DNA of 13,987 nucleotides, from positions 1 through 13,987 of the forward strand of contig JALTLO010000047.1 of NCBI GenBank assembly GCA_027001995.1, given 5' to 3'. Positions within the stretch are counted from its first letter, which is position 1, and each line of letters starts with the position of its first letter. The position numbers and the translations under genes were made by a program. Origin of the DNA: Planctomycetota bacterium (GTDB lineage Bacteria > Planctomycetota > GCA-002687715 > DRQF01). Below, in pieces: positions 1-7,658 of this stretch. The notes under the pieces are model-generated. The model did no database searches. It saw nothing but the letters and a program-made list of their open reading frames with translations, and had not been told where the DNA came from.

Positions 1-1137
1 TCCCCCACCTCTACGGGTGAAAGCCATGCTTAAGAGGAGCTTTTCAGCTTTGCCACCACGTTTACAATGGCCGAGAGCGATGGCTGCATTCCGTTGGACT
101 AACTTCGACTTGTCCCGCAGCAGTTTCTCGAGTGTTTTCTGTGACTTGGATTTCTTCTTAAGGCTAGCCCCAATGGCCCGCACTAAATTCTTCCGAACTC
201 CATCCTCTTTTTCGCGTTTCAACTGAGTGAGAAGAGGTTTAAGTGACTCCCCTACTCCGATATCCTCCAAGGCAACCGCTGCATGAGATCGAAAAATTCC
301 TTCCTTATGGGTCAAGAAAGGAAGGACTTGGGCAACTCCTGCCTTGTTGCCCTTGAAGCCATAGGCAAGCAAAATGCCACAAACCTGCACCTTTGTTGCC
401 TCTTGAGAAGCAAGAAGAACCGCCACTGTTTCTCCCGCTTCCTTTTCGTCTTTCCGCTTGATCAAGGTCCGCGCCAGTTCCTTGATTTCCATCTTGTCTT
501 CGGAAGCCAAAATCAACTCTTTGAAATCGGCGATCGTCTCCGGTTGCTTTGCTTCCTCACCCTCCCCGTCTTTGCTCTTTTCCTCCTCAGATTTATCCGC
601 CTGTTCGGCCTTTGGTTTCTCCTCCTCTTTTTTCTCAACAAATCGATCAGGGAAAAGCTCTCTCAAAACGGAGTCCAGAAGAGAAAGCAACTCATCCTTG
701 GTTAAGAAGTAGAGTTTCGATTTCAGAAGCTTACCGTCGGGGGTTAAGAAAATGTGTTGGGGAGCGACGACGTTGTTCGTCTCAAACAACGCTTTGCGAA
801 CATCCCTTTCAATCTTCACGTGGTCATTGCAGCTAATATGCCCACAACGCTGGCACTGTCCTTCTTCAGTCTCCCCATGGCGAAACTTGCTCATGAACAA
901 ACAAACGAATTCACTGGTCTTGGCGACAATCTTGGCGTCACGATAGTGTTCTTTCACCATCCGATCATTGGCCACATCGTTGTCCATGTTGACACAAATC
1001 AGCAAAGGTTTGTTCTCTTGCTTGGCAGCTGCGAGGGCATCTTTGAAATTGGACTTCCATGGGATCTGATTCTGTGCCCCAGCAGGCAAGGGCAAGCAGA
1101 GCAAAAGAGCGACCAAGAATAGATATCGATTCGTCAT
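1..1137 (-). CDS. Exported thioredoxin-fold + HEAT-repeat protein (3' end beyond the left edge, >379 aa)
   Basis: Absent from the ORF track because it has no stop in the window. Manual translation from ATG 1137 is open to position 1. It shows a signal peptide (MTNRYLFLVALLLCLPLPAGA-Q), a thioredoxin-like start (IPWKSNFKDALAAAKQENKPLLI), a cis-Pro-type segment (VVAPQHIFLTPDGK), a charged linker and HEAT-like repeats (FRSHAAVALEDIG, VRKNLVRAIG, VQRNAAIALGH). SD-like GAAGGGA lies upstream. Confidence 0.85.
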   Translation of the reverse strand, partial: MTNRYLFLVALLLCLPLPAGAQNQIPWKSNFKDALAAAKQENKPLLICVNMDNDVANDRMVKEHYRDAKIVAKTSEFVCLFMSKFRHGETEEGQCQRCGHISCNDHVKIERDVRKALFETNNVVAPQHIFLTPDGKLLKSKLYFLTKDELLSLLDSVLRELFPDRFVEKKEEEKPKAEQADKSEEEKSKDGEGEEAKQPETIADFKELILASEDKMEIKELARTLIKRKDEKEAGETVAVLLASQEATKVQVCGILLAYGFKGNKAGVAQVLPFLTHKEGIFRSHAAVALEDIGVGESLKPLLTQLKREKEDGVRKNLVRAIGASLKKKSKSQKTLEKLLRDKSKLVQRNAAIALGHCKRGGKAEKLLLSMAFTRRGGG

Positions 1138-1207
1138 AAAATTCCCTTCCGAGTCCTTCAATCCCAGGCCAGATCAACCTACCTGGGTTTCCAGACCTTT
1201 ACCCTTG

Positions 1208-1233
1208 CAACACAGGCGCAGAGGAAAAGTTTC
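1208..1233 (-). promoter_or_regulatory. Possible ECF-sigma-type promoter for the thioredoxin/HEAT gene
   Basis: Minus strand GAAAC-TTTTCCTCTGCGCCTG-TGTTG is AAC-N16-TGT, close to the ECF AAC-N16/17-CGT pattern. Short motif, weak support. Confidence 0.25.
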
Positions 1234-1274
1234 GGATATAAAAAGGAAGAGTAGAGTCGAGTGTGACGGTGGTC

Positions 1275-1988
1275 TCAATCGTTAGACGACGTTTTGCACA
1301 ATCCTTGATCACACGAACTCGATGGCCGCTGCAAGACAGTCAAGGAAAGCGCCTTCCTGCCGTTCACGATAGATTCCCATTCCTTTGAGCTGGTTGGATA
1401 GTCCACAATCCCCTCTTCCACCAACACCGGCACAGGCTCACCCCGATCTGCGAAATAAGTCCGGGTGCGGGCAGACTCCTCCTGGTAGAAGACCCGTTCT
1501 TCATCTTCCGCCTTTGCTACTTCCTGCCAGAAATAAATAGCTTGCCGAATATAGTCCTTGGTGATTGTCTGGGGTAAGTCAACGAGAGGGCATTTCCCTT
1601 GGGCCGAGTCCAAATCAAAGACAAGGCCGACAATCTCGCCATCGAAATCGAAATAGGGTAAGAATGGAAAGCTACGGCAATTGAGGCTACGGTTCTCACG
1701 TTCCGACGAACAGTTATGAGAACAAACGGCTAATTGATAATCCGGCAGTTCATCAGCCATCGCTTGTTCGACTGAGCAACTGGGTTTGAACGCTTGCCAC
1801 AACTTCGACCGCTCATTCAAGATGGTGTATTCCTTGTGGTAGAGCACAGGGATCACACCGTTACTTTCACAACAAATAGGAACCCCTTCGTTCATGGGCG
1901 AACAAAGCTGGCCACAATCGAATGCCGTCACCGGGGCGTCGAAACTTTTCAACAATCCCTCGATATCGAGATCCTCACCGTAGGCCAT
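1275..1988 (-). CDS. Cys-rich putative Fe-S/Zn-binding protein (YkgJ/CxxCxxCC-like)
   Basis: 237 aa with FDCGQLC...PICC, RSLNCRSFPFLPY and a KCPL motif, matching the YkgJ-family pattern C..C..CC / RxxxCRxFP / CP. The ATG overlaps the upstream stop (TAATG at 1986-1990). Confidence 0.7.
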   Translation of the reverse strand: MAYGEDLDIEGLLKSFDAPVTAFDCGQLCSPMNEGVPICCESNGVIPVLYHKEYTILNERSKLWQAFKPSCSVEQAMADELPDYQLAVCSHNCSSERENRSLNCRSFPFLPYFDFDGEIVGLVFDLDSAQGKCPLVDLPQTITKDYIRQAIYFWQEVAKAEDEERVFYQEESARTRTYFADRGEPVPVLVEEGIVDYPTSSKEWESIVNGRKALSLTVLQRPSSSCDQGLCKTSSND

Positions 1989-3325
1989 TACTTCCCGCCT
2001 CCGGCAACCCGAGCCACCTTGCTTCGCCAGGCCTTTTCAAATTCATCAAAAGAGACTCCCAAAGTCTTGGTGTAGAGTCCTTCAAAGGCCTTGTCAAATT
2101 TGATTTTCTTGAGATTGCGAACTTTGTATTTGCGCAAGTTGACTTCAATATTCAGCCTTAACCAAAGTTTCTTGAACTTCTCAATTCCATAAGTACGAAT
2201 CATGAAATCGACGTAAGAAATGCCAGTGCCAAACTGGTCGTTCCGTCGCTGGTGTTCATGAAGTTTGAGAATGCTGGGAAGAGAATTGGCTTTGAACATT
2301 TTGACCGCTTCACGATGAGGATCTTTGCCTTCGTCGGCTAAGTACTCACAAAAACCTTCAACCAAGGATCGTGACATGGGGCGGCTACCACCCCAGCGGG
2401 AACAGAGCTGAACTGCCAATGTGTGTTTCGCGGAGTACGGAGAATCAACAGCTGTGTAGCTCAGCCACCAAGAGGAGTCCCAGCCATGGGCCTCAACCCG
2501 TCCCGTCATGATTCCAGCTTCATCATCGTTTTCGAAGACGTACAAATGCCAAGGGTCTGGCATAGCGATCCCTAAGAAAGCAACAACCTTGTCAATCCAA
2601 CGATCAAGTTCTTCGACGTATTTCTTGCGGTCTGCAATCTTGGTGAATTGCTTGAGATCAGGAGAGAAATGAGCGTAGAGGTGACGGGAGTTCATCCGCG
2701 GCCACTCATCCAGGTCGCCCATCATCTTCAAGAGACGATTACCACGGTTACCGCTCTTGCGGTCAGCCTTGCCACCATCCCGCCGGAGAACCTTGAAGTG
2801 CTTGCGTGCTGCCCGCCAGTTCTCTTCCAACAGATCCATTTTCCCCAAGTTAAGGATAGCGGAGTGCATCACATCTTCGCGCATGAACTTCAGAGTTTTC
2901 ATGTATTCAAAACGCTCGCGTGCCAGCTTTCTCTTGCCTTGAAAGAAATAGAGTTGCCCAAGAAACTGCTGGGCTTTGATATGAGAAGGCATGGTCTGGA
3001 TGGCCAGCTTCAACTTCTCTTCCGCCCCGGGCTTGTCACCTGCCCGCCACTTCATGTTGCCATAGGTGATGAGCGTTGGAACGTCATGGCCACGATCGGC
3101 AAGAATCTTGTCATAGATCGCCCAAGCAGCTTCGAATTCGCCATCCACATTGAGCAATCGGGCCTCTTCAAAGCGCGGATCTACTTCCGCATCCGGATCA
3201 TCAAGTTCACTGCTGCCGCCGCCCTGGGCCATGGCCCCAGCAGACAACAGCAAAAAGCTCAAGAAGATTAACGAAAGGTTGCTTCTGGGATCTCGCCCCA
3301 CCTGAGTAAGATTTTCTTCGATCAT
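1988..3325 (-). CDS. Exported TPR protein with a C-terminal peptidase-MA (gluzincin)-like domain, apparently degenerate
   Basis: Likely start is ATG 3325 (AAAGGGAAG upstream); the ORF track uses TTG 3340. It has a signal peptide (LSLIFLSFLLLSAGAMA-Q) and 3-4 TPR-like helix pairs. The C-terminal part reads SRHLYAHF...WHLYVFEN...KHTLAV...SLVEGFCEYL...SYVDFMIRTYGIEKFKKLW...FEKAWR, typical of Peptidase_MA-like domains. Confidence 0.75.
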   Translation of the reverse strand: MIEENLTQVGRDPRSNLSLIFLSFLLLSAGAMAQGGGSSELDDPDAEVDPRFEEARLLNVDGEFEAAWAIYDKILADRGHDVPTLITYGNMKWRAGDKPGAEEKLKLAIQTMPSHIKAQQFLGQLYFFQGKRKLARERFEYMKTLKFMREDVMHSAILNLGKMDLLEENWRAARKHFKVLRRDGGKADRKSGNRGNRLLKMMGDLDEWPRMNSRHLYAHFSPDLKQFTKIADRKKYVEELDRWIDKVVAFLGIAMPDPWHLYVFENDDEAGIMTGRVEAHGWDSSWWLSYTAVDSPYSAKHTLAVQLCSRWGGSRPMSRSLVEGFCEYLADEGKDPHREAVKMFKANSLPSILKLHEHQRRNDQFGTGISYVDFMIRTYGIEKFKKLWLRLNIEVNLRKYKVRNLKKIKFDKAFEGLYTKTLGVSFDEFEKAWRSKVARVAGGGK

Positions 3326-3372
3326 GACTTCCCTTTTCAATCGCCCGTCTCCAGATGAGGAGTGGGCTTACC

Positions 3373-3401
3373 ATTGTGCGGTCAATGGGGTGATTCGGCA
3401 A
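3373..3401 (-). promoter_or_regulatory. Putative sigma70 promoter for the TPR/YkgJ-like operon
   Basis: TTGCCG (3401-3396), 17-nt spacer, CACAAT (3378-3373), located just after the upstream terminator. Confidence 0.4.
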
Positions 3402-3420
3402 GTTGTTTGGTTTTCTCATC

Positions 3421-3453
3421 AAAAAAGAGACCGCGGCTCATTGCAGCGGTCTC
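3421..3453 (-). terminator. Rho-independent terminator
   Basis: Minus strand GAGACCGC-TGCAATGAGCC-GCGGTCTC-TTTTTT: 8-bp perfect stem plus U6, about 30 nt after the stop at 3485. Confidence 0.85.
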
Positions 3454-3484
3454 CCCTGAATCTCAAACCAAGGAGGCTTTAGTC

Positions 3485-4525
3485 CTATTGTCCCAACTTC
3501 TTCTTGGAATATATCACCGTCTTCAAAACCGAATTGGTGCCCACTGTATCCACTTCCATTTCCATCTCTCCTCGAGCCATAGACATGGAGCGGGAATTGC
3601 TGCCTTCAACCTTGAGGCTATAGAGCCAACCATTCTTGACACCGATGAGTACGGTCCCGGTCAGTTTCGATTGTGAATCCACACTCATGACTTCTTGCTC
3701 AATCGACGTGTCGTCGGTAATCGAAAGAGCGAACTCGCCGCATTCCACTCCAAAGACTGTCTTAGTGCCCTTGAGTGTCAAGGTCGCTTTCATTGTCTCA
3801 GGTTTGGACTCTTCAGTGTTGGCTGCTCTGGTTTCGCCTCGGCGGCCGCCCCGTCTCCGTCCAGACCGCATGCCGAAACGGCTTCGGGCTTGGTTGCCTA
3901 CCAACAGAGTCGCACGCTTACGGTCCAAGGTAATCACTTCACCAACGGCGATCTGATTTTTTCCCAGGACGGCAATCATGTCAGATCCCCAGCCGGCGAA
4001 CTTGCCGTCTTTGCTCTCACGCTGCAAAACCAATTTCGCCACGTTCTCGGCAACGGCTTCCCCTTTTGCAGTGGTCACTTTGGGGGTTGCACCGGAGAAA
4101 TCCAGGATGAATGTCTGGCCTTCCAAGTCGCTGAGTTTGGCCCGCTCCGGTCGGTCTTCACCACCCCCACCTGGACGCCCACGACCACGCCGACGGCCTC
4201 CGGAAGGCCTCGAACTCTTCGCCTCTTTGTAGAACACCTGAGCCTTCTTAACCGTGCCTTTCTCAGCCAAAAGAATAGTCACTTCACGATTGATCGAGGA
4301 CGTCCTCTTGCTGCTTCGTGGCTCCCGGGATTCACCATTGCGAGTCATCTCTGTGGTTTGGGCGCTGCTGGATTTATTGGACGAACCAAAAAAGTCACCT
4401 CTGCTCGGTGCGGCTTTCTCAAAAGTCACGGTCTTCTTGGGGGTGTCCTTCTCTTGGGCCCCAAGGGGTGCAATACAAAAAGCCACAAAAACAATGGCAA
4501 AAGTCATGATCTGAGGGCGAGGCAT
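3485..4525 (-). CDS. Exported beta-strand-rich hypothetical protein with two Arg/Gly-rich inserts
   Basis: Likely start is ATG 4525 with a strong SD (GGAGGAG); the ORF track extends to 4585. It has a signal peptide (MPRPQIMTFAIVFVAFCIAPLGA-Q) and alternating beta patterns (TLTLKGTKTV, KLTGTVLIGVKNGWLYSLKVEG), and is followed by a terminator. Confidence 0.8.
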   Translation of the reverse strand: MPRPQIMTFAIVFVAFCIAPLGAQEKDTPKKTVTFEKAAPSRGDFFGSSNKSSSAQTTEMTRNGESREPRSSKRTSSINREVTILLAEKGTVKKAQVFYKEAKSSRPSGGRRRGRGRPGGGGEDRPERAKLSDLEGQTFILDFSGATPKVTTAKGEAVAENVAKLVLQRESKDGKFAGWGSDMIAVLGKNQIAVGEVITLDRKRATLLVGNQARSRFGMRSGRRRGGRRGETRAANTEESKPETMKATLTLKGTKTVFGVECGEFALSITDDTSIEQEVMSVDSQSKLTGTVLIGVKNGWLYSLKVEGSNSRSMSMARGEMEMEVDTVGTNSVLKTVIYSKKKLGQ

Positions 4526-4682
4526 GGTCTTCTCCTCCATGAGGTTCAAAGAATCGAGGATTGGATTGCCCAAGCTCAGCAGCAATCCCGGAAATTCGGC
4601 ATACTTGAAGAACCCCGCAGCCGTCGATTCCTCCCGAGTAATTCCAAGAAAACTTCGATTGAGGAAAATGTCCCCGAATCTC

Positions 4683-5645
4683 TTATTTAGGTTTAGAGCG
4701 AAATCGATTTAAGGCGCCAATCAGAGCGCCTCCCAGATTGGCAATAGAAACTTCTGGCCACGGTATTGGCCGGTCTCGATGACGAAGGGCTGAAATAAGA
4801 CCACACATCATATGAGCCGGAGCTAAGAGCTTATTCCTTAACCCCTCCCACGGTCGATCATTGCGGGGCCGAAACACCATGATGGTCAAATCATCGTCCG
4901 TCATCGCTTCAACTTCCCGGGTCAATTTCGCGATGAGCTCCTGAGGATTCTCAGCATCCGCCTGGGCCAACCATGAAAGAAGAAACTCCTGCCCTTTTCG
5001 TGCACTTCCCTGCCCCATGGTTTCCACCAAGGCATCGCTATAGCAGAGAATGAGGTCCATGGGGTGAAGTTGGCAGCGCAACTCACTGTAGATCACATCA
5101 TCCACCACCCCCAGAGGAACATCTCGCGGAATAGATCCAGGAGGTCTCTCTTCTTCCTCGTTCTCAAGGTAGCGCCACTGATCTTCATCGTGAACATAGA
5201 TCAGCGGACTTGGGTGTCCAGCATTGGTCAAGGACAACTCCCGAGTCGGCCCAAACCAGGACATAACCAACGCCGTAGCGAAATTGCCTTCGACGTCCAA
5301 TTGATGAAAAGAAGAATTGAGGCCAGCGACAAAATGAGTCTGATCGATGAAGTTGACAAACTTACGCATCAAGTGACGTAGAGCTGTAGAAATCTTGGAG
5401 ACGGCTTCCCCGTGCCCACTCACATCTGCCAGGAGCATTCTGGCCACCCGCCCCGTAGCACAAGAAGACAAATAATGAACATCGCCTCCCTGGGGTGCCC
5501 CTTTGAGGGGCCGACTCACGATCCAAGCGTCCAAACCCGCCATGGCGATTTGCGTATCGACGAAGTCATTTCCGCCCCAGACTTCCATGCATTGCATGGT
5601 GGCCTCGTTCATGTCATCTGGAGCAGTGGCAATTTCGGTCATCAT
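4683..5645 (-). CDS. PP2C-family (SpoIIE/RsbU-like) protein Ser/Thr phosphatase, stand-alone
   Basis: Motifs GGDVH, LLADVSGHG, FATAL, NAGHP, PLGV, YSDALVE and DDLT in the canonical order. GAGG SD upstream. Confidence 0.9.
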   Translation of the reverse strand: MMTEIATAPDDMNEATMQCMEVWGGNDFVDTQIAMAGLDAWIVSRPLKGAPQGGDVHYLSSCATGRVARMLLADVSGHGEAVSKISTALRHLMRKFVNFIDQTHFVAGLNSSFHQLDVEGNFATALVMSWFGPTRELSLTNAGHPSPLIYVHDEDQWRYLENEEEERPPGSIPRDVPLGVVDDVIYSELRCQLHPMDLILCYSDALVETMGQGSARKGQEFLLSWLAQADAENPQELIAKLTREVEAMTDDDLTIMVFRPRNDRPWEGLRNKLLAPAHMMCGLISALRHRDRPIPWPEVSIANLGGALIGALNRFRSKPK

Positions 5646-5781
5646 GGGGCCTCAAAGCATCGTGTCAGAGCTGATGTTGTAACGCACAATTCGGGTCGAC
5701 TATTTACGGAAGCCGAAAAAACACAAAAATCGGGTTTTTTGGGGGATTGGGTGTGAATGGAGGTTCAAGAGTGAAAAAGAG

Positions 5782-5854
5782 TGGCCGGGGCCAGATTTGA
5801 ACTGGCGACACCCGCATTTTCAATGCGATGCTCTACCAACTGAGCTACCCGGCC
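5782..5854 (-). tRNA. tRNA-Phe (GAA), CCA not encoded
   Basis: GGCCGGGTAGCTCAGTTGGTAGAGCATCGCATTGAAAATGCGGGTGTCGCCAGTTCAAATCTGGCCCCGGCCA: acceptor GGCCGGG/CCCGGCC, D arm GCTC/GAGC, anticodon loop TT-GAA-AA, T arm GCCAG-TTCAAAT-CTGGC; 73 nt. Confidence 0.97.
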
Positions 5855-5889
5855 ACTTCGTTGCCCGACCATGACGATCAGACAATTTT

Positions 5890-5925
5890 CGGGCGGATGG
5901 TAAGGAAACCAACCAAGGGAATCAA
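5890..5925 (-). promoter_or_regulatory. sigma70 promoter of tRNA-Phe with a GC-rich discriminator
   Basis: TTGATT (5925-5920), 17-nt spacer, TACCAT (5902-5897), then CCGCCCG, as is typical of stable-RNA promoters. Confidence 0.65.
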
Positions 5926-5978
5926 TGGCCGATTCCTAGACAAAGATCTTCTTGGCCGAAAAAGAAGGAGAGTCGCCT

Positions 5979-6917
5979 TCAGGCCCCTTGATCTAAATAG
6001 TCCTCAAATGCCCTCCGATCCAGCCTGATTTGGGCTTTGAGAGCATCCACCGAGTCGAATTTCTTCTCCGCTCGCAGACGGGTGAGAAAAACGACCTCCA
6101 AATCTTCACCGTAAAGATCTGCAGCAAAATCCAAAATATGGGTCTCAACCAAGGGCTGAACATCCCCACCCAGTTCAAAAGTTGGGCGTACACCGATGTT
6201 CGTGAGTGCATTCCTGACCTTCCCGTCCACGGAAACCCGGCACCCATAAACACCCAAGGGCGGCAAGAGCCCGTGATGAAGATCCAAATTCGCTGTGGGA
6301 AAGCCGATTGTCCGCCCTCTTTTGTCGCCACCGACAACAGTACCAAACAAGGAAAATGGTCGACCTAACATGGTCGAAGCCATCTCCAGGTCCCCGGCCT
6401 CTATGGAAGCGCGGATGTTCGTGCTTGAGAGAATAGCTTGGCCTACGCGGATTTCGGGGGCTTTCTTGGCGGTGAAACGGAATTCCTTGGCGTGCGCCAT
6501 AAGGAACTCCGCTGAGCCTTCGCGGTCTTTCCCAAAACGGCAATTGTGCCCCAAGACAACGTTCTCAGCCCCCAATGCATCCTCGAACACCCGGTGGGCG
6601 AAATCGTGAGCTGTCATCTCCCGCAAATCAGCGGTGAATGTGAGAGCCAAACAATGATCCACGCCCAACTCTTCAAAAAGGTTGAGGCGATGCTCAATGG
6701 GTGTGATGAGCTTGGGTGGCCGATCCGCAATGACTCCCCTGGGGTGTTCTGTGAACGTCACAACAACACTCTCCCCTCCCCGCTCTGCTGCCCAGGACAT
6801 ACATTCTCGAATAACGAAGCGGTGCCCCATATGAACGCCATCAAACACGCCCAATGTGCAAGTAGGATGAACGAAATGGGCTTTCACCGCCTCTTCAATT
6901 GAGCGATAGATTTTCAT
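5979..6917 (-). CDS. ribF: Bifunctional riboflavin kinase / FMN adenylyltransferase
   Basis: GVFDGVHMGH (HxGH), FGKDREG, SSTNIR, GRTIGFPTAN, NIGVRPTF, VETHILDF, LRAEKKF. ATGA overlap with the def stop. Confidence 0.97.
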   Translation of the reverse strand: MKIYRSIEEAVKAHFVHPTCTLGVFDGVHMGHRFVIRECMSWAAERGGESVVVTFTEHPRGVIADRPPKLITPIEHRLNLFEELGVDHCLALTFTADLREMTAHDFAHRVFEDALGAENVVLGHNCRFGKDREGSAEFLMAHAKEFRFTAKKAPEIRVGQAILSSTNIRASIEAGDLEMASTMLGRPFSLFGTVVGGDKRGRTIGFPTANLDLHHGLLPPLGVYGCRVSVDGKVRNALTNIGVRPTFELGGDVQPLVETHILDFAADLYGEDLEVVFLTRLRAEKKFDSVDALKAQIRLDRRAFEDYLDQGA

Positions 6918-7426
6918 TTTGGACGGGACGCTTCATACTGATCTCTTAGCTCTTGCAATCTCACCTTGCTGCGCAAACGGTCTGACTCTCGCATTTTGTT
7001 GACAAAGACCTTACCTTCCAGGTGATCGATTTCATGCTGAAGAACCCGCGCCAAGAGATCATGAGCCTCGATAGTACGCTCGACAAATTGCTCATCGCGA
7101 TACTTCACCGTGACGGTCATGGGACGATAGACTTCCCCCCAAATGCCGGGAAAGCTCAGACAACCTTCTTCTCGCCATTCTTTCTTGGGGCCCGTGGAAA
7201 CAATCTCCGGGTTGATCAGAACAATCTCATCTCCCTCTTCTCCCGTGGGACTAGCCAAGAGAATCGACAAAGAGAGGCCAACTTGTGGCGCAGCCAGACC
7301 AATGCCCTTCTCAACTTTCATGACATGGCGCATTCCTTCAAGGATTTCATCCATGTTGTCTGGCAATTCTTCAAGCCGAGCCGCTGCCTTCAAGAGTACC
7401 GGGTCTGGGAAGTAAACAATGCGCAT
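6914..7426 (-). CDS. def: Peptide deformylase
   Basis: All three signature motifs are present: GIGLAAPQVG, EGCLS, QHEIDHLEG. Confidence 0.98.
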   Translation of the reverse strand: MRIVYFPDPVLLKAAARLEELPDNMDEILEGMRHVMKVEKGIGLAAPQVGLSLSILLASPTGEEGDEIVLINPEIVSTGPKKEWREEGCLSFPGIWGEVYRPMTVTVKYRDEQFVERTIEAHDLLARVLQHEIDHLEGKVFVNKMRESDRLRSKVRLQELRDQYEASRPK

Positions 7427-7536
7427 GCTTGAGTTCTCGGTTCCAATCAGAGCTTCAGTAAGGGGTTCATGATACCGCGATGGTGGGTACCCCTTCCAAT
7501 CCCCAGGCCCATGAGGCGGAAGGGATTCGGAATCAT

Positions 7537-7565
7537 TTGACCCGCCTCCTGGGAAACTCTATAAC
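7537..7565 (+). promoter_or_regulatory. sigma70 promoter for the TPR gene and probably rpsT
   Basis: TTGACC (7537-7542), 17-nt spacer, TATAAC (7560-7565); each hexamer is 5/6 consensus. Confidence 0.7.
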
Positions 7566-7658
7566 ATTCCCTCGGTAGAGCGCGAAATTGGCCCCAGGAC
7601 CGTCGGCCAAGCGTGACCATAAACGACACGGTCATCAGGACTTAAAAGACAGGGGCCC

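Noticed and set aside
835..855. c-type cytochrome haem motif in the thioredoxin/HEAT protein
   Set aside because: The sequence is CQRCGH (CxxCxH), not CxxCH.
17..1177. Cluster of short ORFs in the track (17-226, 283-705, 458-712, 549-836, 752-946, 754-1122, 965-1177)
   Set aside because: All overlap the real minus-strand gene 1137 to <1, which the track missed.
2648..3271. 207-aa plus-strand ORF
   Set aside because: Antisense shadow of the TPR/peptidase-like gene.
3695..4690. 331-aa plus-strand ORF, with nested ORFs 3636-3956, 3978-4232 and 4254-4514
   Set aside because: Antisense shadow of the 3485-4525 gene, which has an SD, signal peptide and terminator. No recognisable motifs.
5782..5854. 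tRNA-Phe as a prophage or island attachment site
   Set aside because: No duplicate of the tRNA 3' end was noticed in the window, and there is no integrase.
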